A stretch of DNA of 54,087 nucleotides, filler included, from Catajapyx aquilonaris (taxonomy: Eukaryota): assembly GCA_000934665.2 (NCBI GenBank). It is 2 parts of 2 records of this genome, joined end to end, with 100 filler letters (N's around TTAATTAATTAA, not from the genome) between each part and the next. Parts side by side here need not be neighbours in the genome. Positions count along the whole stretch, not along the records: positions 1 to 29,451 come from KZ539359.1; positions 29,552 to 54,087 come from JYFJ02005492.1. One strand, given 5' to 3'. Below are positions 19,379-31,101 of this stretch, one piece after another. Position 1 is the stretch's first letter; the number at the start of each line of letters is the position of its first letter. The position numbers and the translations under genes are program-made. A model generated the notes under the pieces. That model searched no databases. It saw only the letters and a list, made by a program, of their open reading frames with translations, and was not told the origin of the DNA.

Positions 19379-20041
19379 GATAGATTAGGTTCCGTTGAGG
19401 TTTTCTGGGCTCCTTTCTTTTTTCAACAACGGTTATTCATCGGGCCAAAAATATGTGCCTTTGGATAAGCTAGTGAAACTGTAACTCATAGACTTCAAGG
19501 AGGTTTGGGCACGTTGCCTAACAACAGGTCAACAAAGTGTCAACAATAGTCTTGTTATTAAATTGTTGACGAGCTAATCGACTCATTCTGTATGTAGATG
19601 GGACATTGAAATATTTTGATCATAATGTAACTCTTTACTTCCAATATGACTGATATGGAATTTATTATTTTGTCTTTGGAGCACTGCGACTACTTCGCAG
19701 TACCAGCCTGTGACATATGTGTTATCGCACATGCTAAGAGCCGTCAGTCACTTCCATGCTTGTCTTTCGAAGAATGTAATTAATGTCAGAAATAATCACC
19801 GCCTTTGCAATGTTGGCCTGACATTCGTGAATGCTAATGAGCATCAGTGTAGTGCACATGCACCTAAAATCAGTCAGTGACTAGAAACACAGGCCTGCTT
19901 TGAATTTGCTGTAATGTGGAGCATTCATTTTCAACAAAGTTGAATTATGATTTTACAATATTAACAGTAGGCTACTACACAGCAAGCCGTATATTCCGAA
20001 ATGTGGCTCAGTATTTATGGATACATGCGACTCATTATGTA

Positions 20042-22211
20042 ATGTCGCTTCTTGTCTTTCTGCTTTTAACGTTAGAGCTGAAGGAATCGGTAAGTACAAT
20101 TCCGGTAGTATATAATGATATCAACATTTTGTCCGATGACATTAGAAGACAAGCTGCATAATATTGTGTGATATGAAAAGTGTTAAAAGTTGTTATCATT
20201 GCGCTTTGATTTCGATTAAATGTGCCCTTTGATAGCTCTAAAATTATTCCAAGTGTGGTTATCATTTTGTTGCTTTATTTTCTAGATATCCGTTCAGATT
20301 AATGTGGGCTTGACTCCAGCTGCGGAAGAAGGTGATCTGGTGTTTGATCTGGTGTCGCACCTTCTGGACCATCACTTCCCGGAGTGTCATCTCAGCATGG
20401 ATACTGACTCGACAGATATTGGTCCATCTCTGCAGAGGGTGTTTCCTCACCAGCAGAGCAGGTATCGTCCCGTCCTGGTTGGCCGGATGGAACCGACCTT
20501 CAAGGTGTCCCATCAGGACTACAGGACAATCTGGAAGAAGGAACAGCTCTACTCCTTCAGGACAATCCCTGTGGAGTTGAAGAGCAACGTTTGGAATGGA
20601 GGGAAATGCACATTCACATTCCTGTTGACCACCAATCCGCACCAGCACTCCCTGAGAAACCTGACGCTTCATGCTGTCAGCACATTCAGGTTCGGAAACC
20701 TTCATGATCCGATCCTAATTCACACAACGAACCCACATGACAACCCAAATCGCATCCTCCTAACCGATCCTCTGAATGGTGTCACCTACAAACTTCTGTC
20801 TCAATATTCAGCAAAGTCACACCAACTGAAGCTGCACAATGTCTGCCACTATTGTTTCAGTCCGACACACAGAGTCAACCCTGCTATTGATTATCCACTA
20901 TTTAAAACGATGAGCACAAACTTGCTTTATCCAGAGGTTTCTTCTGATTTGTATGGCAAAAGACTCAAGTTAGCTCATATTGAAAGCATTGATTTGAATA
21001 GTGCTCGAATCAGAGGCAGGGAGTCGTTTCATCTTCTAACGGTTGAAGAGTACTTGTTGTTGGACACAGAAAAAATAATGAACATTACTATCGAGGTAAT
21101 TGTCCCTGAATTTTCATTGGAGGACTATTACTCAAATGGTTCGTACACAGGGTTCAACGCAGCTTTGGTTTATGGACCAGCAGATGGCTCATTGGTTCAA
21201 TTCTTCTCTAGCATTTCAATCAAAGCAACGGCCGTGACTGATCCTCTCATTTACTTTCAGTTTTCATTCCTGACCAGACATCCCAGACCAGATATGAAAT
21301 GGTACATCATAATCCAACCATACACTCTGGGATCTTGGTCTGTAATATTTGCAACAACTTTATTCTCAGCTCTGATCATACTTTTGCTTCACAGCATGGA
21401 GAACAAGTTACGTGGGATTGAGACTCATGCAAGTCGAGTAGGTTCGTGCGTTAATATATTGAGGGTGCTATTTCGCGAGCTGTTAGAGCAAACGGTTACA
21501 CCATTTCCGTACCCTTCAATCAGAGCTTTTTACTCTTACATACTACTGTTCACTTTGGTCACAACTACTCTGTACAAGGCTAGAATCGTAGCCCTTCTGA
21601 CATTTCCAGAGACAGAAATTCTTCCTCGGAACTTTCAGGAGCTGCACGACTCTCGGTTTTACCTAGGGACATCACAGGAGCTGATAGTCTTCATTGGGTA
21701 TGGTATTGATAAGAGTGAGGTACCGATGCTGAAGAGTCTCTTCAAGAAATTTGAAACAGTCTCAAACTGGCGAGAATGCTTTGAAAGGGCCATAAACGAA
21801 GACTTTGCTTGCATTACACATGATTTCTTTTACCGAAAAGAGAGCGTGGCTTTTGTTGATCACAATGGATATCCCACAGTGCGTTGGATCACAGAGAACA
21901 CACTGAATGCGTTCACAGCACCTGCAATGCCAAACGATGCAATCGGTTTCAAAAAATTCAATCGGGCAATGGTAGGGATTAGAGAAGGTGGAATCAATGA
22001 TCATACTGAAGAGTTGATTAATTACTTGCACTTCTTGAAACATTACCATCGTAAGAGGAAGATTGCTTTAGAGAATGATGAGAAGATTTTGGAGGAAGTG
22101 GTTTTGAGCCTGCGCAATGTCTGGCCCATACTGGGAATGTTGGTTCTGGGACTCTGTTTGTCGGTCTTGATATTTGCAGGCGAATTTTGTGTAGCAAAAT
22201 GCTTCAACTAA
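20042..22211 (+). CDS. Divergent ionotropic receptor (IR, iGluR-related chemoreceptor) 1. Exons 20042-20089 (signal peptide), 20286-22211; 657 aa
   Basis: iGluR topology: S1, FLTRHPRP..WYIIIQPY..GSW + M1, LLEQ pore segment, SIR + M2 ..LYKARIVALLTFP, S2, C-terminal M3 LSLRNVWPILGMLVLGLCLSVLIFAGEF. The hydrophobic exon MSLLVFLLLTLELKES splices in frame. Confidence 0.88.
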
Positions 22212-23066
22212 ACTTTTTCAAGAGGGACATGCAGGCTACTAACAGGCAACACTTTCATTACTACATAGCACAAAATAATGGCCACCATGTCAAATAAATT
22301 TGATCACAACAACGATCCATACTTTGGGAAGAAGAATTTACTTCATCATCATTCCCGGATTAACACTGTCATTCCTAATCACTCCAACAATATGAATTGT
22401 TGTACTTCACTCGCACGTGACCTTTTTGGTAAAAATTGCACCAGCTGTCCACTATTGTAATAAATACTATGAAAATAAATTTGCGCACATACGAAGCATC
22501 TATTTATTACACACTCAATAATATTAGGAAAGACTTACATGTGACTTGAATTTCAACTGCTAGTGAAATACGTAATTATACCGGATCGAAACATGTACCC
22601 ACGTCTTTGGACGTCACCACTACTAGTTATTTCATAGTAACAACCGTACAACTCGATATATCATATATGTTGCTGTGACATGTGTCCTGATTCAGATAAG
22701 GTGTTGCGTAGGGCTATATTCAGGCAAGTCCAGACCCTTATTATCACATCTATGCCATGCATGTCTATACAAAAGATAATGTCAGAAATAATCGCCACCC
22801 TTTCTGAAGTGTTATTACATATGACACTTGTAAACATTATTGGAACAATTCGGTGCACATGCACCTAGAAATCAGTTAGTAGCAACCAACCCAGAAGCAC
22901 AGGCCTGCTTTGAATCTGTCCCGAAATCTGCCTCTATATCAGATCTACCTTCTGGATGGAAAAAAAAAAAAATTTGTGCAAAATAATATTGTTGCTGGAA
23001 CATCTCACATCCTAACATTGTGAATCATAATCTATATCGAGTGGTATGTCTGATACTTATTGCATC

Positions 23067-25260
23067 ATGTTGCCCCTTGTCCTCCTCCTACTGGTAATAT
23101 TCAAGACAACAGAATCGGTAAGTACAATATATGCTAATTATGACACCATTTCGTCCAATGGTATATTAGAAGATAGGTTGCAATAGCAATAAAAGCATAA
23201 AAAGTTTAAAAAGAAAATCAGTTGTTATCTGTTGTGCATTGATATTTGATTTGGACAATATGTGCACCCAGTAGTTTCGTAAAATTATTCTGAAATAATA
23301 ATGTGTGCATTTTTGTTGCTTATTTCTACAGCAATCAGCAGAGATTAACGTGGGCTTGACTCCAACTATGGAGGAAGATGACCTGGTGTTTGATCTGGTG
23401 TCGCACCTTCTGGACCATCACTTCCCGGAGTGTCATCTCAGCATGGATACTGACTCGACAGATATTGGTCCATCTCTCCAGAAGGTGTTTCCTCACCAGC
23501 AGAACAGGTATCGTCCTGTCCTGGTTGGCCGGATGGACTTGACCTTCAAGGTGTCCCATCAGGACTACAGGACAATCTGGAAGGAGGAACAGCTGTACTC
23601 CTTCAGGACAATGCCTGTGGAGTTGAAGAGCGACGTTTGGAATGGAGGGAAATGCACATTCACATTCCTGTTAACCACAAGTCCGCACCAGCACTCCCTG
23701 AGAAACCTGACACTTCATGCTGTCAGCACATTCAGGTTCAGAAACCTTCATGATCCGATCCTAATTCACACAACGAACCCACGACATGACAACCCAAATC
23801 GCATCCTCCTAACCGATCCTCTGAATGGTGTCACCTACAAACTGCTGTCTCAATATTCAGCAAAATCACACCAACTGAAGCTGCACAACATCTGCTACCA
23901 TTGTCACAGTCCGACTCACATCGTCAACCGACCCATCATTTACCCGAATAAGTTCGACATACCTGATCGACACCTACTCTTTCCCAAGCCAAGTACCAAC
24001 TTTAATGGCCGAAAATATCGGCTGGCTCATTTTGAACCATATGATATGAATGATGCTCGAATTAGGGCCAAAAAATCATTCACTCTATTGACCTTTGAAG
24101 AGTTCATCTTAACAGATATTGAGAACCGGTTTAACATAACCACCGCAGTGTACGTCCCAGAATTTTCGTTGGATGACTATTATCCGAACGGATCATACAC
24201 TGGATTCACATCAGCTGTCGTGTACGGACAAGCTGATGGATCACTCATAGTGTATCACACCAGCGTCGCACAAAGAGCCGTGTGTGTGGCCTACCCGTTC
24301 ATTCATTTTGACTTCTCTTTCGTCACCAGGCATCCCCGACCTGTCATTAAGTGGTACATTGTGGTACAGCCATACAAACCTGTCACATGGCTCGTAATAT
24401 GCGTTATAATATTTTCTTCTGCCTTCGTCATAAGTGTGTCGGTAATGGTCGAAGTGAAGTCCCTAAAATGCAGCCTCTCGTCGTACATAAGAAATGTGAA
24501 GCATTTATTACGAGAACTTCTTGAACAACCGGTACCTCCCGCACCGTACACCTCCGTCCGGATATTTTATCCGTACATTTTACTCCTTTCCACCGTTGTG
24601 ATATGTCTGTACAAGGCCAAAATTGTGTCTCTTCTGGCCTCTCCAAGCCTGGAAGTCCTCCCATGTAATTTTATGGAGGTCCACGACTCTGACATGGTGG
24701 TTGGAATACCACTGCAGGTTAGAGTGTTCATTGGTGCTGGAATAGAAAAGAGTGGTATCAAATACCTGAAAGATATGTGGGACAGGTCTGTCCCATTCAC
24801 TAATTACGCTGAATGCTTCGAAAAGGCGATGCACGAAGGATACGCTTGCATCGTGCCAAGCTACATTTACACCCGGGAAAAGAACCAGTACGTGGATCAC
24901 GAGGGTCGTCCTCTGGCCAGGTGGATTCCTGACGGACAGTTCTTCAGCTACACATCGCCTTCACTCCCGAAGAATGACGTTGGATTCACCACAATGGAGT
25001 ACCTAACAGCCAGGTACTTGGAGAGTGGTGTTACCAACCAAGCCATGAAACTGCTAAGCCACGTTAAGTTCCTAAGGAATTATTACCGTGCTAGGAAGCA
25101 ACTTTTAGAATCTAAAGATGGAATAATAGCCAGCGAGTCACTTCTGACTTTAAATAAACTGTGGCCCGTGTTTGGCATGTGGGTGGTGGGGGTTGGGTTG
25201 TCCTTATTGTCCATCTTATATGAATTGTTGCGGAAGGGTCGGACCAGGGTTCTATCATAA
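23067..25260 (+). CDS. Divergent ionotropic receptor (IR) 2. Exons 23067-23117 (signal peptide), 23332-25260; 659 aa
   Basis: Same architecture (FVTRHPRPVIKWYIVVQPY..TW, LLEQ, SVR..LYKAKIVSLLASP, LTLNKLWPVFGMWVVGVGLSLLSILYEL). Same phase-0 intron after MLPLVLLLLVIFKTTES. Confidence 0.88.
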
Positions 25261-25436
25261 AAATATGATCTATATGATATACCCAACGGTCTTCCAGTAA
25301 ATTCAAAGTCATCATATGTATGCCTATATAAAATTCGTTAGGCGCATAGTCTCTCCCTCTGCACTCTACTGCCACTCTCAGGGGGACCGTAGTAGCCTAT
25401 ACTACACATGCACGTTGGTGATGAGTCAATCCCGAG

Positions 25437-25700
25437 GTTTGGTTTGGTCTTTGGTTTATTAGGAAGAAGCCAAAGCAACTATGGCTATCTGGCTGTAAGA
25501 AGAAAAAAAAGGTGGGAGAGACGGAGAGAGAAACGACGAAGAGGGAAAAGAAGAGAGAGTCTGTCTCCTATCCCAAAGACCTGTCCGGCTTGGGTGGCCC
25601 TACCAGTAGACGAAGCTACCGCCGGCATAGCTCTTGGGGTCACGGGAGAAACGCAAACCCCCCAACCCCGAGGACAAAGTCCACCAGGGTGCTACATGGC
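25437..25700 (-). mobile_element. SINE-like retroposon: RTE-type 5' segment plus 3' stem-loop and (AAACC)n tail
   Basis: Minus strand GAGCTATGCCGGCGG…GTAGGGCCACCCAAGCCGGACAGGTC resembles the recalled RTE/BovB 5' region. It ends AGCCAGATAGCCATAGTTGCTTTGGCT…AATAAACCAAAGACCAAACCAAACC. Confidence 0.6.
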
Positions 25701-26320
25701 CAGAGTATGACTCCATTGATTAAAGTAGTGGCTTCTCTGACCGCTATAATAATGCAAGAAATAAAGAGTAACTCTTTATTTTTAAATAATAATGTCCTTT
25801 AATTGTTAAACCCGGGTTAAGTGAAAACTATTTACAACTACTACCGATGTATCCGCGCGCTTTAGCACCTAAGGCCCTTTCCACCAATCATGCTGCAGTG
25901 TTGGTGCGCACATTTGTGCAGTGTAATGCCTCCGTTTTCCTGCCTCCTGTTTGGTCCGTCCCATCCGATCCAGCCATCCGATTGGTCCATTTGCAGCGGC
26001 TTTCACGTGTAAACCTCAATCAGCGCACTGCGCATTGATCTCGCGATTTTTTTTTTTTTGTTTTTTTTGCTATCTCTTCGCCAAAAAACGTTCCATTCGC
26101 CGCGCCGCCGTCTCTTTATAATTATTGTTGTGTGTGCCAGTGAGGATTGCGACTCCGGCGGGGATGGATCGGTGCGGCGGCCCCATGTTCCAGGCTCCGT
26201 GCAGATGAGGAGCCAGGCTGGGAACGGAGGATGACCACGGCCGTCGGGGCCAGCTCGGGGCCTGCACAGCACAACCGTAAGCCGCATTCATCGCAATTAG
26301 ATTGGAATTATTCAAAATAC

Positions 26321-27080
26321 TAATTGCGGCCTCACGAAAATACAGAAAAAAACACAGCCAAATGAACAATGAGAAACATTGCAATGCGGTTGGTCATATG
26401 GTTATCATACAACACTATAAGTACTGGTTGTAATTAGTAATGACGGCAGTAATGACTAATAAGGAGCTGTAATTAGTAATGAAGTCATGCTGGATTATTG
26501 TTATTGCCTGGTAATCAACGATTTTTTCACAAGGCAGCTTCGAAGAGGCCACAACCGTACTTTAATAAGTAAGTAAGTAAGTTTATTACCACACCCCAGC
26601 GATGTTATTACATATACCGGTACTTTAGTAATACGGTACGTAAGTACTGACACAGCTGGTGGCGGAGGCCGTACATTTTTTCCCCCTTCATGTTGGACTT
26701 ACCCGTAGATCCTACGTAGAATCCTTAACGTAAGCATAATTGCAATTAAATAAAAATAATTGGCCTCACTGTTGAAATAAAAAAACTAGCAATGAGAAGC
26801 AATTACATTGAAATGCGGTTGGTTGCGTAGTATCATACACCATTAAGTACTGATTGTAACTTGTAATTAGCAATTGCCGAAATTGTCATTTGAGCCATGC
26901 TGTAGTGTATGTACTGTTAATACTTGTATGTAATTAGCAACGCCAGATTGTACGAAGAAAATTTAAATGTACATTTGGGCGCAACTACATTAATACCGAC
27001 ACGGCTGGTCGAAGAGACCGTACATTTTTTCTCGTTCATGTTGGACTTACCCGGAGTTCCAGGTAACATCCGTAACACCT
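26321..27080. repeat. Diverged tandem duplication (units ~26321-26756 and ~26757-27080)
   Basis: Shared blocks ggcctcac, caatgagaa, aatgcggttggt, tatcatac…taagtactg, ccgtacattttttc…ttcatgttggacttacccg. Confidence 0.8.
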
Positions 27081-29451
27081 GCGCTATTTTTCAGAAAATG
27101 TCGTACTGGCAATTTCGGAGACAAGCTAGAATAATTTCTACCAATCATTACAATGGGCAGCATCCGAATTGAAGCGAGATCAATAATCTGGATTGGCAAC
27201 ATTGTGCATAGTAATCACAAAAATGGAGCCGGTTCATTGCCCCCTCGGTGAATTGTGAAAGTTGCGGCAGTAAACTTTAGATCAAATATTTATCCCACAG
27301 CCTTGTGTGTCAAAGGTTACCATTACCGCAACATTTCATTGCCCCCAAGCTGCTAAAGAGCCGGGTGATATTGCCCTTGGGTGCAATACACTCCGACGTG
27401 CACCGTGCATTTCTTATTACATTGTATTACCATGATTAACAAGCTTAAGTGTTAAGGTTAAGTGTTACGGCTGGGAGAGCTGATTTGTCCGCTCAAATTG
27501 TGATTGGAACAAGCGACCACTGTGGCGTGTTGCCCGTGTAATGGTAAACCGCCTCATTAATTAGTTGTTATGTAATACGCCTTGTGTGGGTGGGTGCAAT
27601 GGAGCATGGGATAAATTTAATATCGCATTACCCATGAAATTAATGGTGGTGGTTTAACTTTATAAACCATGTTCGGTGCAATGTGGGTTCTGCTATCGAA
27701 CTATTGATTCTGATTAATCATAACTTTTTGGTTAGGCTTGGAAGCTATGAATTATTCAAATAGATGCATGAAATTACCATTTTTACGGCTGACCATATAC
27801 ATTTACAATGCCCATTCGTTATGAGCTGATCAGCTGCATATACATTTCACCCTATATGAAACTCTGCATTTGGCACGAAATTTGTGTGGTTTCTGGCTGC
27901 CTTTTTTGGGTTTCACTGTATGCCGCATTTTTGTGTACTTTTTAATTAACTGCTTGAGCGTCTAGTGCATTAAAGAAGAAGGTCTCAGCAGGCCCGAGCC
28001 TGTTGCTGGTAGACGTCAAGTCGGCAAGAGTTAATCTCATCAAAGTTGTATAGCATTCACGTCTATTCCCTAGCTGCACAGCTGCCCGAAGGAAAATAAT
28101 TTTGCGGCCGGCTTCCCACTCCTTTTTTTTTTGGAGCTTCCAATATTTAAGGTGCAGGCCTCCTCTAATCACAGTTTTGCGGGTGGAAACTTGAGGGCTT
28201 GTCAGTTAAAGCATGAATTAATGTCCAAATTACTGCCCCAAAGTTTGCTGGAAATTTCTCCCTAATTGAGTTTTAAATTACTGCCACAAGCGATGGGCTG
28301 CAACAGAAATTCTGCCAAGTAAATATTTTTGCACACCGCATTAGCAGACTGATCCTGGGGCTGAGCACTGTATCGACTGTTTTGCCGAGGACCGGTTGTT
28401 GTTATCATCATTGTCGCATAACTTACAGCATTGATTTTGCGCACCGCTCGTTTAATGAGAGCACGGCTGATTTACTGCTGGTCATTAGCGTTGAGCTTTA
28501 TATTTATTTCCGCTGCACCCGGTACAAAATGTAATAGTGCTTTAATAGTAATAATTTCTTATTGTACTAATTATAAATGTGTAATTTGTAATTTTTTATG
28601 GTGCAGCTTATATGCTGTGTAAGTCAACCTCACAGCTACGGAGAAGGTCAGGTTAGATCACCTGTTTAAAATTCTGGTGCTTCCCCGCTTTTTTGCTTAA
28701 TTTTTTTCCTCTATTGTTACAAGGAAATCGACCTTCAGCGGAGGATAAGTGCATTACGGCTCTTGATGTTCAGCATGAGAACCTGAGTGGGATTAGAAAT
28801 GAAGAGAGCCGGAGAAGCCCTTTGTTCTTTGGAGCATTGATTTTGACTGCCATTTTGCATGCGTCGTGCCAAAAAAAGAGAGAGCAAAAAAAAAAAGTGT
28901 CCTTCTTTCAACTGTAGGTATAACGAATCAATACCCAAGGCCACATTTAATTTACTGGAAAGGACCGGATATCCGGGTTCTCATTTTTTGGGGCCAAACA
29001 TGCATTTTTAAAGGATGGGAATAAATTATCTGGTGTGTAATTCCAGCTTGCATTTGCAGCGCTTGAAAGCGGAACCAGAGAAGTGCTATTAGAGAGGTGC
29101 ATGTGTAAAAGTGGATATTCAAATTAGGCCGTAACGGTGAGCAAAGTACATTCGGAGCTGTAAAGTCATGAATTGAACATGTAGTGCATCTGCAAAATTC
29201 AGCAATGCGCAAGCCGTTTGAGGATTGTTCGCACCAGCAACCAGTTGACAGTATATGACTTATGATTAATTTTAAAAATTTAGAATATTTTAAAATTGCC
29301 AGAAAATCGAAGGGTCATATTACGCCCAATTAAAATTTTTATATTAAAAAAAAATTAAACACTAATGATCCATCATGCATTTATGTCATCAGTGTCACGC
29401 CTCTTCCGGTCGGTTCGTGTCAATCGCACTTCCTCCTCCAATCAATCACCT

Positions 29452-29551
29452 NNNNNNNNNNNNNNNNNNNNNNNNNNNNNNNNNNNNNNNNNNNNTTAAT
29501 TAATTAANNNNNNNNNNNNNNNNNNNNNNNNNNNNNNNNNNNNNNNNNNNN
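29452..29551. other. Artificial contig spacer N44-TTAATTAATTAA-N44
   Basis: Exactly 100 bp and symmetric. The 12-mer gives stop codons in all six frames. Confidence 0.95.
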
Positions 29552-29939
29552 CGGGCCCCCCTAGAAAGTAATTTCAGATATGCCCCCCCAACAACCGAAT
29601 AAGCCCGCCGCAGGCGAAATTTTTTTTGTTCCACGTCACACAATCTTATGTGAATGCAATAACTGACAAAGTACAGTGGAATCCTCCTATACTGTAAGCA
29701 CATCGCCTATAAGCAAGTAGAAAGATCGGTCCCTTCATATTTCCAGCAGTGCCAATGTCCAAGCGCAGTTGAAGCCGGATATAACAGACTTGTCTGCTAT
29801 TATCTGACTGCACAAATCCTTATTCGGAACTGCACTTTTGGCTTTTAGAATTCACGAATTGTGTAGAACTGCATGCTACAGGAAGCCCTGAGAAGTAGTT
29901 GTTACCTAATCTGTGCGACTTTTACCCTTTTCGAGTCAC

Positions 29940-30024
29940 AGATTTTTTGGGTTCGCCCCCTGTTCGCCCTGCCACCCCTTCGCGCCCCTCCAGGGGAGCG
30001 CGCCCCACAGTTTGAGAACCGCTG
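29940..30024 (-). mobile_element. hAT (Charlie-like) transposon/MITE terminus
   Basis: The minus strand begins CAGCGGTTCTCAAACTGTGGGGCGCG, a typical hAT TIR. A second MITE-like end (CAGTGCCGTGTTTTGTGGGGGG) lies at ~30319. Partner ends were not found. Confidence 0.55.
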
Positions 30025-30473
30025 CAATAGAGACTGGTACAGTCAATAGAAGAATGTAGGTTGTCAGTGAATTTGGAAAAACCTCTTGAAGATTGTTCTT
30101 CACAATGAAATTGGCTATGACAATTGGCTTTGATGACTTGTTGGGCGCTCATCAATATCCCCCCCTACTCAGTGATCATGTCCATTTTGAAATATGCGCC
30201 CTGGCCGTGGTCCTCAGTCGAGACTGCTTTTTTCGCCCCCCTTTGCTGATTGCGCCCCCTAATTGGCGAAACGTGGGGGGGGTCTTCACCCCCCAACCCC
30301 CCCACAAAACACGGCACTGACACTGTTGGATTGAATATACTTTCACATGAAATCCTGATCCAATATCTTCCCATCCTCCTGTTAAAACCTAATCATACTG
30401 AAAGCAACATAATCATCAAATGTAATTTGTTACATCTTAGGTACAGATGGATTTATTACGTATTTATCCACAG

Positions 30474-31101
30474 GGGTGAGTGCCGGTGCAATGAATGTGA
30501 ATGTAAAGGGAGATACTCTGGCGCATTCTGCCAGGACTGTCACAGTTGTGGGGACACATGTGATGAGAAGCGTCCATGCATCCTATGCTGGTTGCGTCAA
30601 ATAGAAGATGAGGATAAAACCACTTGCGAGGAAGAATGTGGGGAGTGGGTTCTGGCCACTCTGCAAGATGAGGCTCCCCCTCTGGATTGGCTTGAGTCAA
30701 ATAATTCCAGCCATAGTAATGTCAGTCTAGGGGATGAAAGACTCTGTCCCTTCCTGCAAGATGGTTGCTGGATGCAGTTTGCATACACAGAAGGTGACGA
30801 CACAGGACGTGTTCGGTTGTGGCAAGGTAGCCACTGCCCAAAGAGTGACTGGGTGACCTGGGCCTGGGCTGGCGGGGGTGTCATTGCTATGATATTAATT
30901 GTTGGTTTGGTGACCCTGCTGGGTTGGCGCCTTTTGACCAACTATTACGACCATCGAGCTGTTAAGAAATTTCTGGCAGAGGCAGATCGGACCAGGCTGT
31001 CACAGGATGATGAGCTGGTACTCAACCCATTGTTCAGACCTGCTTCCACAAGCTACACTGTCCCACCTGATCTGAGGGAAAGAAACATGAATTTGGATTA
31101 G
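30474..31101 (+). CDS. Integrin beta subunit, terminal exon only (I-EGF, beta-tail, TM, cytoplasmic tail)
   Basis: After acceptor ttatccacag: GECRCNECECKGRYSGAFCQDCHSCGDTCDEKRPCILC, beta-tail cysteines, TM VIAMILIVGLVTLLGWRLL, tail YYDHRAVKKF…NPLF. Upstream exons are not present in this contig. Confidence 0.88.

Noticed and set aside
30250..30473. N-terminal part of the 283-aa ORF
   Set aside because: Open intronic/MITE sequence upstream of the true acceptor at 30473.
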